Shown here piece by piece: positions 1-11,636 of a DNA stretch of 64,000 nt (positions are counted from its first letter, which is position 1; every line of letters starts with the position of its first letter). Made by a program: the position numbers and the translations under genes. The notes under the pieces are model-generated. The model saw only the letters and a list, made by a program, of their open reading frames with translations, was not told the origin of the DNA and made no database searches. The DNA comes from Amphiscolops sp. MND2022 (lineage: Eukaryota): assembly GCA_964187785.1 (NCBI GenBank), contig OZ076409.1, positions 96,536,001-96,600,000 of the forward strand, given 5' to 3'.

Positions 1-3000
1 TCAGGTGGTCCTTGCCATTGGTGCAAAATACCCGATATAGCTACACCACTAGCATCTGTGTCGAGAACAAATTCGCCTTCAGTGTCAGGTTGCGCCAGAG
101 CGGTGGCTTCCATTAGTGCCACTTTGATGCTGTTGAAGGCTCGCTGTTGCTCCTCCCCCCATAAAAATGAAGACGCTCCTCCTGTTATCGCGTGTAAAGG
201 GGCAACTAGTTTTGCATGCCACGGGATGAAATCTCGATAGTAGTTGGCAAAACCCAAGAAACTCTGCAATTCAGTCTTGGTTCGCGGGATATCCCATTCT
301 TTCAGCTTGGTGACAGCTTTTGGATCTGGCTTGATACCATCTGCGGATACGACCCGGCCCAAATATTTGATCTCCGATTTCATGAAGTCACACTTGGAGA
401 CTCTCATTTTGAACCCGGCTTCACGCAGGCATTGGAATACTTCGCGTAGTCTGTCCATGTGATCCTCGATGGTCTCGGTAGCAATCACAATGTCATCGAT
501 GTAGGCCATAACCATACTTCCTTCACGGTTCACTATTCTTTGTAGCGCTCGCGCTATTGCCCGTTGAAATGTTGCTGATGCGTTACACATACCAAAAGGC
601 ATACGCCGCCACTCAAATAACCCAAGTTCACAAGCGAAGGCAGTCTTTTGGCGATCGGCTTTTCGGACAGGAATTTGCCAGAATGCCCACGCCAAGTCAA
701 TACTAGTATAGATTTTGGCTTTGCCCAATCTGGATAGACTTTCATCGATACGTGGCAAGGGATAAGCGTCTTTGATGGTCACTTCATTAAGTGGTCGAAA
801 GTCACAACAGAATCGCAATTCACCACTCTTCTTTTTGACCATGACAATTCCACTCGCCCAAGGGGATAGGGAAGGTTGTATCATTCCCAAAGCTAGCAAG
901 TCACGAACTTCTTGGTTAGCACGTTCTGCCTTGTCAGGCGACATTCGTCTTGCACCTTCGCGGTGAGGTACAGCCCCTGGCTCTACTTCCACCGGGTGCT
1001 TAGCGATTTTACACTTACCAATGTCGGCTTTGAATTTCATAAACAAATCATCAAATTCATTCAAAAGTTTACTAAGCGTGTCGCTGGCGGTCGATCCCCA
1101 CAAACCGCGCACTTCGTCGAGTTGTGCTTCCGGGCCCGGTATCGGAGCCATTAGCGCCGGATCGGTTCGTTTTTTTACTTCGCGCTCGGACAAGCCTAGT
1201 TCTGACGGTTCGGTAGAGGACAAAAACTCAAATTCAGATGAAGAACTATATTCAGAAGAAGAATCAAGGTTCATCTGTTCGTAAACTTTACAAACATAAT
1301 TTGCATTTGACTGCTGAGTTTCACTTGATTGTCCGGGGACAATCTGGGGGATGGCCTTATGAACCATTGTCACGGGTACCGCGGTTCCTAAAAGGGTGCC
1401 CTTTTTTATCCGCTGCACGTTGCTGGTAAGATTTCCTAAACTGACGTAAAGGAAGCCAGTCTCCCCCACGGTCGCCACGGTGTCCTCTAAAAAGATGGCG
1501 TTTTTTAACATTCGGTTAGGTGTTTGGAAATTGATTAGCACGGTTCGAAATATGAAAGGTTCTAAGTTGTCTACAAGCAGTTTAGCGCGTAGTATTGCGC
1601 GTTCAAAGGGTTGCAACACTACGTCCTGTGCAATCGCTACCGACGAATTGAGTGATTCGTTACTTACTTGTGTGTGGGCATGGTACCACACTGGTTCAGA
1701 CGGAGCTCGGACAATGACCTTCATCGCGGTTAGATCCACTAAGACTTGATAAGCTCTTAGGAAGTTTCTGCCCAGGAGGAAGTCTTCCACTCCCATGGCG
1801 TCGTCGACTACCACGAAGTTAGTTTCCAGTTCGTAGCCTCCCAATTGGAACTTGACTTTCTCCGCTAGACCAAAAGTTTTGATCGTTTTCCCATTCGCGG
1901 CATACAAGTCGATACCATAAGGTCGTAAGAGTGTCCCGGTGCGCACAGCGACTCGATTGTAGGCTGAGAAGGTGAGGATGGACACTCCTGATCCAGTGTC
2001 TATCAGACCACGTAATGGCACGGGAGCAGCATCGGGAACCACGAATGAAACTACGAGCGACGCACGCTCATCGATTCTCGCTTCACCAGTTGGTTCTTGA
2101 GCATCAATGTTATAGCAGCGTAGCTCCTGCGGTCCCAAGCAGATTCCAGGAGGAAATGCGTCAGTAATGATAGTGGCACCAAAACGCATGTCAACACCAT
2201 CTATGCAAACTTTGACTGGAATCGGAGAATAGGCATGATACGTCGAAGTAACACCTTTTACCTGCCATTCCTCCGGTTGGGGCAGGGTCAATTGTCGGCA
2301 ATTCTGGTTTGCGGCTATCTCGTCTATCAGGGCGTCTATGGTGAGTTCTGGGCGGGTTTCCCTCTCAATCGCCAATAGTAATCGGATAGACATGATGGTA
2401 CGTCCCGAGGGATCAAAAGTAGTTGGCTCCGGGTTCGTCTGGATTTGAATCTTGCCACATGTGACGGTAAGGGGCATTGCCACATGAGCGGTTTCAGCAG
2501 GACGAAGCATGAGTACCATTTCACTGTCACTCATTGTTTGAGAAGCAGGTGGCTGTTCAGCCCAAAGGCTGTAGGCCAAATCCTCATGTACTGGAACATT
2601 TTGGCATTGTGATGCAGAGTGTTCAGTCATGCCACAATTTACACAGAATACGGGGCCAGAACATGCAGAGGCCACATTATTCTCGCATAAGTTTACTCGC
2701 TCTTCAGGTGCAGCGCGAGCCGCTGGTTTCCTTGCTAGGTCTCGACTTGGGCATTCCCTTGCAAAGTGACCTGGTAGTCCACAGTTGAAGCATGCTCCTT
2801 GGGGAATCACTCTCGCTGGTTGCTGTTGTGCAGGAGCCTGTTTTACTGATGCAGGGGCTGGTGGAGCCATTTGGGGTTTAGCCTCTCGTTGTCCTTGGTT
2901 AGGAGGTAGTACGTTTTGCGGTAGGCCTGGTGCTGGGTGAACCAATTTTCCTGGCACGAAAGGATGAGGCCTCGATCTCATTCCATACCTTGGGTCGTAG

Positions 3001-5282
3001 GGTTTTGACGTGTTTGGGCGATGCCGTTGCAATTGTCTCGTGGTGAACCTTAGGGATTCTACAGTTGGTGGTTCGGTCAGATATGTCTCTGCAGCATATA
3101 CCACGGCCAACTCTTGTCGCAGCGTCGGATCATTGACGCCATCTATAAAGCGTTGCAGGATCTCATAACGACGCGTAGTGATAGGCTCATCCGGGAAACC
3201 TTGGGTGCGCAGACCTTCTAATGCGTCCAGGAATTGCATCCAGTCTTCTTTTTCCTGTTGGACACGAGACATGAAGGTTTGCCTTACGTGCATGCGATTT
3301 CCACCGGTTCCAAATCTGCTGGCCAAGAGAGAGAATACCTTGTCAGGCTCGTCTCGTTCAGGTTCAGACTTGTTGATAATATAATTTCTCGCCTCTCCTT
3401 CCAGGTGGTCGATGATAGCCCAGGCTCTGTCGATTTTTGGGGATTTTGCATGCACCCTTTCTAGAAATCGCTTCATCACTGGGAGCCATCCATCGACAGA
3501 ACCATCTTTAGTGCCTTTGTATACCGTAGGGCGCACCCTAGTTTGATCTCGATTAGCAATCAGCGGTGCTAGTTCCTTGGACATGGCTTTAGATATTGCC
3601 TCGGTAAACCTGAGTTGCTCCGGTGATATAGGCGTTTCTTCGCTGATAGCTGGTGGCGGGATACTGCTGCCTCGCGTTGAGTTGACAGAATCATCGGTGT
3701 TCTCGGGGAGAGTCACTTCTCGGCGTCGAGTGCTGCTAGCGCATGGGTTGCCCGAGGGTAATTCGTCGTTCGCGGTTTGGAATTCTGCAGCTGATTCTCC
3801 CAAAGTTGCATGTGCTGTTTGGAAGGTGCTAGTGACTTCGGTTAGCATGTTTGCGCGTGTGGGCTCTCGCAGGTCGCTAATACCCATGCTTGAAGTGTCG
3901 ATAGTTATCACCTCGCATGTTGGTTCTCTCTTGTGAGTTTTGGTTATGGGTGGAATATTTTTTGTTGATACCGCAGGTGGGATAAATTTCGTCGATGTTG
4001 ACGCAGCTTCTCCATTTGAGACCAGAGTTTGTGGCAAGGGCGCGTACCTGGCCAAGTGTTGTTTAGAGCCAGATGGGTTTGTCGAAATCGTTACACTCTC
4101 TTTTGGCTTGAGGGAGACGCTCTTCATGGGTTTTGGCAGTGACATGTCAGTGTCTTGCAGCAATTCTTTGATAGTGTTGCTTACTGGTGCGGGTTGAGGT
4201 TGGATATTTTTCAACATGGTGCCCATTGCTTGTATCTGTGAACATACCTCTTGCAGTTGAGCTTCCATGCGCACCTCTCTTTCGGTCACCATGTCTTTTA
4301 TTTCGGCCATTCGATAACCCATGGCATCCATTCGAGCTGCCTGAATTTCATGTCCTTGCGCTTGTCGCTCAGTCGAAGTTCGCAGTTCAGTTTGTACGGC
4401 TTCTATCTCCTCCATTATTGACTGATGCTCTCTGTCGCACCTTGCTTTACGCTCAGACAGTTGTGAAGCAGCTTGCTTCACGCCTATCTGGGCATCTAAC
4501 AGAGCTTTGCGCGCTTTCGCTGCTTCATGTACGGCTCGATATGCTGAAGATCGGGCAGATGCAGCTTTTGATGAAGGTGAGGATGAGCGCGAGTCGCCAT
4601 GAGGTCCTGTAGTGCCAGTCTGTGCTAGTAAGGCTGGGGGCCGTACTTGTTTACCCTTCCCAGATGCTCGGGGGGCCGTAGCTTCTTGAAGACGTGTCCT
4701 GGCATAGTTCATACCCCCGACATAAGACATTTGTTGCAATATCTCTGCCGTGTTTGCAGTGCTCTCGCTGGCCACGCTGGGAGCTTTGAGTTGTCCAGTG
4801 GCATTCAAGCAACTCATTTCAGTTTCTTCCTCAGCGTTTGTCCTGTTGGAGTTGGGCCATGTTCCTGCTTCGTCAGTACCGAAGGGTGTGACGGCTACTT
4901 TGGTGAGTTCTTGTAACCATTTGGACGTGTGCGCCTGACTTCCTGTTTCGTCTGCTGAACCTCCGATGTCATCGGTAGTCTTAGCAACCGGCTTGGCTTG
5001 ATATTCCTCCGATGCGTCGTCTGACATAGGGTCTGAAAAATCGGGTTCCATAACGAAACTGTCATCAGTTGGCCAATCTTCCTCCTTGGGGTCTGAGGTC
5101 AAGTCTGATATTGCACTGAGGTTTGTCTCGCACCCCGTTGGGTCTGGTGTTTTTGATGCTTCAGTGCATCGCGAGACGTCCTTCCTCCCCCTTTTGGAAT
5201 GATTAGAGCGTCGCTGGGTGTTCGTGCGGCTTAATGTTCTCGTCATAGAATTCCAAAGGTTACGCAAACTGCTGGCTTTCAT
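1..5282 (-). CDS. Element D fused Gag-Pol polyprotein (two CCHC knuckles, aspartic protease, RT, RT/RNase H connection); open at the window edge
   Basis: ATG at 5282 (MKASSLRNLW), CFNCGLPGHFAREC (~2798), CVNCGMTEHSASQC, GLIDTGSG (~2000), PLPRIDE..MPFG..AYIDD (~503) all lie in one frame. The ORF track lists no stop-bounded ORF in this frame, consistent with it running off the edge. Confidence 0.85.
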   Translation of the reverse strand, partial: MKASSLRNLWNSMTRTLSRTNTQRRSNHSKRGRKDVSRCTEASKTPDPTGCETNLSAISDLTSDPKEEDWPTDDSFVMEPDFSDPMSDDASEEYQAKPVAKTTDDIGGSADETGSQAHTSKWLQELTKVAVTPFGTDEAGTWPNSNRTNAEEETEMSCLNATGQLKAPSVASESTANTAEILQQMSYVGGMNYARTRLQEATAPRASGKGKQVRPPALLAQTGTTGPHGDSRSSSPSSKAASARSSAYRAVHEAAKARKALLDAQIGVKQAASQLSERKARCDREHQSIMEEIEAVQTELRTSTERQAQGHEIQAARMDAMGYRMAEIKDMVTEREVRMEAQLQEVCSQIQAMGTMLKNIQPQPAPVSNTIKELLQDTDMSLPKPMKSVSLKPKESVTISTNPSGSKQHLARYAPLPQTLVSNGEAASTSTKFIPPAVSTKNIPPITKTHKREPTCEVITIDTSSMGISDLREPTRANMLTEVTSTFQTAHATLGESAAEFQTANDELPSGNPCASSTRRREVTLPENTDDSVNSTRGSSIPPPAISEETPISPEQLRFTEAISKAMSKELAPLIANRDQTRVRPTVYKGTKDGSVDGWLPVMKRFLERVHAKSPKIDRAWAIIDHLEGEARNYIINKSEPERDEPDKVFSLLASRFGTGGNRMHVRQTFMSRVQQEKEDWMQFLDALEGLRTQGFPDEPITTRRYEILQRFIDGVNDPTLRQELAVVYAAETYLTEPPTVESLRFTTRQLQRHRPNTSKPYDPRYGMRSRPHPFVPGKLVHPAPGLPQNVLPPNQGQREAKPQMAPPAPASVKQAPAQQQPARVIPQGACFNCGLPGHFARECPSRDLARKPAARAAPEERVNLCENNVASACSGPVFCVNCGMTEHSASQCQNVPVHEDLAYSLWAEQPPASQTMSDSEMVLMLRPAETAHVAMPLTVTCGKIQIQTNPEPTTFDPSGRTIMSIRLLLAIERETRPELTIDALIDEIAANQNCRQLTLPQPEEWQVKGVTSTYHAYSPIPVKVCIDGVDMRFGATIITDAFPPGICLGPQELRCYNIDAQEPTGEARIDERASLVVSFVVPDAAPVPLRGLIDTGSGVSILTFSAYNRVAVRTGTLLRPYGIDLYAANGKTIKTFGLAEKVKFQLGGYELETNFVVVDDAMGVEDFLLGRNFLRAYQVLVDLTAMKVIVRAPSEPVWYHAHTQVSNESLNSSVAIAQDVVLQPFERAILRAKLLVDNLEPFIFRTVLINFQTPNRMLKNAIFLEDTVATVGETGFLYVSLGNLTSNVQRIKKGTLLGTAVPVTMVHKAIPQIVPGQSSETQQSNANYVCKVYEQMNLDSSSEYSSSSEFEFLSSTEPSELGLSEREVKKRTDPALMAPIPGPEAQLDEVRGLWGSTASDTLSKLLNEFDDLFMKFKADIGKCKIAKHPVEVEPGAVPHREGARRMSPDKAERANQEVRDLLALGMIQPSLSPWASGIVMVKKKSGELRFCCDFRPLNEVTIKDAYPLPRIDESLSRLGKAKIYTSIDLAWAFWQIPVRKADRQKTAFACELGLFEWRRMPFGMCNASATFQRAIARALQRIVNREGSMVMAYIDDIVIATETIEDHMDRLREVFQCLREAGFKMRVSKCDFMKSEIKYLGRVVSADGIKPDPKAVTKLKEWDIPRTKTELQSFLGFANYYRDFIPWHAKLVAPLHAITGGASSFLWGEEQQRAFNSIKVALMEATALAQPDTEGEFVLDTDASGVAISGILHQWQGPP

Positions 5283-7819
5283 GATTTCGCACGTTTTGAA
5301 AAAGTCAAAATTCGATCTAGGGGTCGTACCGGCGTGAAACTTACACAGCGCGTTGATACCGTGGTGTGGGGCCGGAAACCGAGCGTTTGGGGCTTACGGA
5401 ATAGCTGATTCGCAAACAATTGGGTTTTTAGGCAATTTTTGAGTTTTTTAAATTTCTTTGGAAATGACTAAGATCTCTCGAACGCAACGTCTAATCGTCG
5501 GAAACACTTGAAAATTGGCCACCTGACCTTGTGGTAGGTGTACTACACGATGGCAAAATCAAATCCAAGGTAGGGTCTTTATTTCAAGATTTTAGGTTGA
5601 TCCGGACGTTCGGTACCCTTAGTCATCAAGATACATCAATTTTCATGCTTATTTCGAGATTGTGCTCTACTGAAAAAAGCTAGCGGGCTCAAAATTTGCA
5701 AAACAACGTAATATCTGGTACAAATGGTAGAAATGAACTGCAATTCAACCTCGTTTTTCAATTAAGGTATTCGGATCACTCGGGAAAAATTTGAAAAATC
5801 ACCTTCTATCCCCAGGTTTTTGAGTGATACGTTTTTTCTATTTTCTCACCAAGTACCGGTTGGATTGACACGAAACTTTGTAGTTACAACCGATGAGTGT
5901 GTACAATGCCGGTGAGACCATCAAAAGAAAGCGCGGACGCTTATTTGAGGTTTCGACCTTACTTGGACAACACTCCTAAAGAAAAACAATCTTAGGCTAC
6001 TTTCTTCACAAATTGGCTAAGAGGGTCACCTCAAAAAGTGGTAGGGTTGAAAAAATGGGATCTACGTGTTGCCCCACTGCTCGTAACACTAGAATAAACC
6101 CTCGAATAGATGTGCCCGTTAAGTACGAGGCACCGACAGTCCTTCAGTTTTGGATTATTTCGGTAGTTTTACAGTCCTCTGAAGTTGAAACGTTAAAGAA
6201 CTTTTCTCGATTTTAGTGAAAGTTACGTTCACCAATTTTTCGGCACTAACGTTAATTTTGGTGGTGGTTGCGAAAATGCAACCACTTTTTGGCTAGGGTT
6301 CAGGAATTAATGACCCGACCCTACCTCAGGGACAGTTCGGTTTTGTGGAAAATTGATCAGATTCAGTGCGTTTTTCCACTTTTCTCAGCACTGAATGGGA
6401 GTTTTTACACGCGGTTTTCACCACTACACGTCATTTTTTATGGAAAAACAGAAAATGAGAGCGCATAGGCTCCTAGCTAACAAAAACACAGAGTGCCCAG
6501 GGGGTTTTAATTGTGTACTCAGACACTCCTGAAACAGACTAAAAATCAACGTTTTTCAACTTTTCGCAGCACTGAAAAGGAATTTTTGCATGCGGTCTTC
6601 ACTATAGATCGTTGAATTTACTGAATAAACTGAAAAAATTAGCCCTGGGGCTATTCTAAGTGTAGAAGTGTTCGTCAATGGTCAAGTTGGGTTTCTTCTA
6701 AGGGTACTATAGAAAAACCTTAAAATCACAGTTTTCGTAACTTTTTTCAAGAAGTAGTGGTTATAATTACCAAAATGAGTATTGTTGGGTACCGGCAGGT
6801 GTACCCCAACCTAATTGCAACCATACGGGGATGTTTAAAAGCTTCCACATAAATTCCCCCATAAGTTCAAAGTGCTAAAATGTTTAATCTTTCAAAAACG
6901 GGTTTTCTTCCTCACAAAACTTATACTAAGTGCCTTTTTGGGCAACTTTGAGTACTTCGTCGCGTTTTTTATGAACTCGTTAGAGTCCTGAGCTACTTTT
7001 ATTTAATTTCTGCAGGTGTGTGGCTAGCACCAAGAGCGCTCGCGCTCATGTAGGTGTTTCGCCTCAAAATGGCCCAATTTGGCACTTTTCGTCGAAAATA
7101 CATGAGGAAACGCACTTTTTTTGCACAAAACTGGTGCAAAAGCACACACTTAGTTACAGAAGGCTCGTAAAAACATTGGCAAATGGTCGTACACAGAATT
7201 TTGAGCAACCCAAAAAAATTTTTCAACCTGACTCAAAAATATCATACAACCCGGACTGACGAGTCGTGTCTTCTCGTTCTTTTTGCTCGTCACCCAGAAC
7301 AGCCAGAGACAAACGGGTTGCATCATTAGACACGTCAGCATTTGTAGTACGTCTCCACCAAATTTCATTTCTCTAGGTTGCCTGTACGGGAAATGGGATC
7401 GATGAGTCGTATAACTCGTTTCGGCAGATTGTAAGATTCCTCTGAGCAAGGATCATCCTCTTCTCAACACTCACTTCATTGGTCATAAAAAGCTGAAAAA
7501 GGCTAGAAAACACCTGTTAACACTTCTAGCAGCCTCCCAGCGGCTTGCTAGACCAATTTTATGAGTGACCCGTTAAGAGGGTAGACTATTTCAATCGTTA
7601 CCTGTCAACTACTAAAAGAGCATGAAAATCATAACATACAGCGCTTTTTTACAAGATTTACCTTTATCCACCGGGGTTGAAATCTTCAATGACACACACA
7701 GGGTAAAAACGTAGAAAAACTCTGCTTCTCTCTTCTTTCCATCAGAGTCGGGTCGTACTTGGCGTCAATCACCAGAGGGTCGGCTATTTTAAAACCATTA
7801 AGGGAAGCACTTCGAAGCG

Positions 7820-7837
7820 ATCCCTCTGTGGTCGCCA
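7820..7837 (-). promoter_or_regulatory. Primer-binding site of element D, tRNA-Arg-like
   Basis: Minus strand reads TGGCGACCACAGAGGGAT, resembling the complement of metazoan tRNA-Arg 3' ends; it lies 5 nt from the LTR edge. Confidence 0.7.
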
Positions 7838-7842
7838 AAAAA

Positions 7843-8186
7843 TGATGTCTCTATGTGACGACAAGCTCTCACCATTGTCGCCGTAACCATAAGAGTTAGA
7901 GGAACACATGATATGGGTATTTGCCCGGGACAGGCGCCCATGACCATGAGCTCATTTTGCCTCTTTCGGGTAAAAACTGTCCCGTCAGAGGAGGATTCCG
8001 CTTCTTGTGAAGTGCTCGCCGGCCTGATCCAGTCTGTAATTGCTATCAGCAGTGCGCATTACGCTTTTTCTTCGGAATCAACACTTAGATAGCCTTTAAA
8101 AAATGCAAGTGGTGGAAAGGGAAAAATCAAGTTCCTTCGAAGTTACACAGGAGATTGAAATGAGTAGCTCACGAGCTGTTACAACA
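7843..8186 (-). repeat. Putative 5' LTR of element D
   Basis: Begins TGATGT next to the PBS. The far end is guessed from an imperfect inverted terminus ACAACA at 8181-8186; no second LTR in the window to confirm it. Confidence 0.35.
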
Positions 8187-9090
8187 AGTAAATACTAAAA
8201 TTACTACATAATTAGCACTTTTGAGGCAGCAATTAGCCGGGGACACAAGCACGGATGCTTGGTCAAGCTAATTGACTCATTTTTGGTAATCACAGCGTCT
8301 TGTAACGCTTCGCTGAAGAAAGCACTGGTTAGAACAAAGTTCAGTCCGTCTTGGCAGAAATTTGAGTCTTTTTCTGATAGTGGCCGTGTTTTTCTGCAAT
8401 CTTCTGGTTCGGTCGGGGTCTCTCTCGAGTCTCTTGCTCAAATCCTCTTCAATTCCGTGGACAGGTACTTAAATAAAGACACGCTACCGTCTGGCGGAAT
8501 ATGACTCTTTAGTAGAGGAGATATAGTCCCTTGAACGAAATTTTCATCGAAATTTTCGAAATTGTACACTCGATAGGTAATCGCTACAAACCATTGGCTT
8601 CAGATCACTTTCATTGCTATCTTTCGTTTTCCTAATACTCGAAAAACTTAGCTTTAGCGGGGAAAATTTTTCCAGCAATTTCCGCCTGAAGCTATTGGCC
8701 AAATCAGTGCAGGACAAACAATTTTTAGAGAATCACACACACGTTTTTCATTCCACTAGAGATTCGTTCTCTCGGTTTTGTGATGTTTTTAATAAGGATA
8801 TTGCGTTTTTAGTTCTTTTAGTTTTTTTAGGTTTTGCTTGTTTCAATCGAGTATGTTTAAAGTTTTAGTCTGAGTTTTTGATCCTCCTCATCAGCAAATA
8901 TATTTGCTGTTCAAAAGCGTCTTGTTTTATGAATTAATCCGTATCTCATTTTGGTTGGAAATAGTTATCTTAAATCTTTTACTTCTCAGCAATCTTTGGT
9001 GATTTATTAGTTACCAAAAATCAAATCGGGGTTCGCAGAACTAAGCATGATTCGCTTAATTGGCGCTAACACCCTATTAGAATATACTCA

Positions 9091-9933
9091 CATCTTGGGT
9101 AGAAACCAAGCTCCGTTTTCTAGCTTCGTCTAATCTTTAAAGTGAAGTAAAATGAAAAAAAAAAACAAAACATAGTTTTTTTAGTCGGGACTTTTCTTGA
9201 GAAAAGAGTCGACTATAGTCATGTCTTTTTGTCAGCGTTTTTTCAAGACCACCAGAAGTGACCAAAATAGTTTGACCAAAATAGTTCTACCAAAAGTTCT
9301 ACAAAATTTTGAGAAGACGCCAAATTGTACCTGTTGGCCCAAGGAACTGAACCCAAAAGGTTTCCCGCGTAACATACAATACCGGACGAGACCAAAGGGT
9401 CCCCCTTTAGATTTTTTGGAGTTTTGCAACAGAATGGACGTTGAAAAATCCCAAAAGGTCGTCGTCCCTTTCAGTTTTTCGGCATTGTGAGACTATTTTT
9501 TAATTTGTTTTTCATAAAAGGTTCCAAATTCACCAATACTTTGTCGTTTTGAAGTCCTTTTCTATTTTAAGCCTTAGATATGGCGCCGACTTGGGCCGGT
9601 CCCGGCTTGTTAAGAATAGTCTACGGAAAGCATCCAACCTTTCGCCGGTTTGTCTTTGTCTTTAGCACCTTTATCTTTGGCTTTATCCTCGGATCCTTTT
9701 TCAGATCCCGATTCAGAGCTGACTTCAATCGACGAGTCGAGTGCACCCATTACGTCATCGATGTCGTCAAATTCATCGTCTTTTTTTGATTCGCTGTGAA
9801 ATATGAAGCGCTTCGCAATGTAAACGTCATTCTCGTCGTAGCATTCCTGAAATATTCAAATTTGGAAGAAAAAAATCCAACGAGGTCTGACCTTGTTTTT
9901 TAAAAACAACTGATTGTTGTTTTGTAAATCCAT
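9091..9933 (-). CDS. Possible short spliced host gene or pseudogene (acidic/lysine-rich), exons ~9892-9933, 9639-9846, ~9091-9129
   Basis: In-frame joins across GT-AG sites give MDLQNNNQLFLKNK|ECYDENDV...DKDKPAK|DEARKRSLVSTQD, followed by a GTGAGT donor. No recognisable domain. Confidence 0.3.
9178..9611 (+). mobile_element. Non-autonomous Helentron-like (HINE/DINE-1-type) repeat, copy 1
   Basis: 5' TTTTAGTCGG with a local inverted repeat (..GTCGACT), 3' subterminal CCGACT followed by hairpin GCCGGTCCCGGC and TTGTT. Homologous to the inverted copy at 11091-11636. Confidence 0.55.
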
Positions 9934-11090
9934 CTATCGAATAACAGATTGTGATTCAAGTCAATAAAGTTTTTTTTCCGAGCCACCGGCAAAAAACCGG
10001 AAAAAAGAGAAACTTTGCAAAAACCAACGTTTCAAAAATTTGCCTTTTCTCATTAACGGTTTGCTAAGTACTTACGTTACAGTCCCACTCTAGTAACACA
10101 GTAGGTCATCATTGAAAACGCATATACGCTGTTAAAATTTTTTCAATGGAGCTTCAGCTATGAGTACGACCGGTATTTGAAAGTGGTGCCAACTCCCAGC
10201 CTAATTAGTGTGCATTTGGAAGCTTAGGTAAAGGGCTTTCAGGAACACAGAAAACAGATTTGAGCTCCGGCTATTATTCTTGGAGAATTGAAGCCGTAAA
10301 ATTTTTGCGAAATTTTTGTCAACTTTGCTAAATTTTTCAATTTTCGGTGTATTGTCGAGGTTATTGCGCTTACAAGTAAGGCAAAAAAAGCAAAGTAAAC
10401 AAAAAGCAGCAGTTGAATACATGCAGAACGGAAACGAAATGACTTTTTTTCAGTTCAATGGCAGTGGCAGATTCCGTTGAAAAAATGAAAAATGGAAAAT
10501 CTTTTCATGCCTACACAATAAAATCATCACTTCATCGGCTGCCAAATTTGAACTGAACCGTGATTCGCAACCGGAAAAATTAAAGTGCTCCAAACTTTTT
10601 TTTCAATTTTTGTTTTTAAAAAAAACTTTCGAAAATGGAATTTAAAGTCGAAAGTGTTTAAATTGAAGATTATCTTAAATTTTTTGATTGATAACAACAA
10701 AGCAAGATAGCACACGGAAAGAGAGCAAATAAAGAAATCTATGTGATTAGTTAAGATCTCAAACGCTCGTTTCATTGGTTGAGAGCTATTTATTTACAAA
10801 ACATCAAAGTATCTTTTGACTCACTCACACTGATTTCCAAATGATTCCGATAAAAAAATCGAACTTATAAATCTGACTATTTGAATTTCTTTCCCAGTTG
10901 TTTCAATTTCTTTGACTTCTAAATCGAATCGTGATACGGAAAAATGCTTGTAAATCTGTTTCTAACCAGGTTCTACAATGTCGTGCAGTGAAAACACTTC
11001 GGGTAAGCTCTAAGAGTTCGTTTGAATAGTCATTTTCTCAAAAGTTTCCCAAAAACTTCCCGATTTCTATCGAAAATGTAGGATAATTAG

Positions 11091-11636
11091 AACAAGCCGG
11101 GAACGGCATAAGTCGGTGCCATATCTAGATCTCAAACATAGAACAAGGATTTCAAAGTGTCAAGTATTCTCTTCGACAGTACCGGAAAAACCCAAACGTT
11201 GGAACGAACTGGCGCGCGAAGAGCGGGGGATTTTTTAACATCCATTCTGTTGGAAAATATCAAAAACATTGAAGGGGGAACCTTTGGAAAAATTTTCGAA
11301 AGAAAACTGTAGGTGAGAGTTTTGAACAGTGTCATAGTGCCGAAAATTGTAAAAGGGGGAACCTTTGGATTTTTCAACATCCATTCTGAGGCAAAATATC
11401 AAAAAATTGAAGAGGGGACTCTTTGAAAACTTAAAAAAATTCAAACAAAGTCTCACAATGCCGAAAAACTGAAGGGACCCTTTAGTCTTGCCAGGTTCAG
11501 TTCCCTGGGCCAAATGGTCCAAGTTGACACCTTAAAAATTTGTAAAACTTTGTAAGGCTATTTTAGTCCGTTCATGTGGATTGAAAAAAGACTCACTAGT
11601 ATAGTTGCGTTTCTCTTCATGAAGCGCCGATTAAAA
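11091..11636 (-). mobile_element. HINE-like repeat, copy 2 (inverted, with internal duplicated unit)
   Basis: Reverse complement ends ATATGGCACCGACTTATGCCGTTCCCGGCTTGTT, matching copy 1, and starts TTTTAATCGGCGC. Confidence 0.55.

Larger units (their letters stand above)
1..8186 (-). mobile_element. Element D: Ty3/gypsy LTR retrotransposon, 3' part outside the window
   Basis: Minus-strand gag-pol, a PBS at 7820-7837 and a TG start of the putative LTR at 7843. The outer boundary is tentative. Confidence 0.85.

Noticed and set aside
58..4938. Many short plus-strand ORFs over D, and likewise over the pol genes of A, B and C
   Set aside because: Antisense shadows of gag-pol with no motifs or cross-element conservation.
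8230..8990. Further exons of the putative host gene
   Set aside because: Coding-like composition on the minus strand, but in-frame stops and no consistent splice path.
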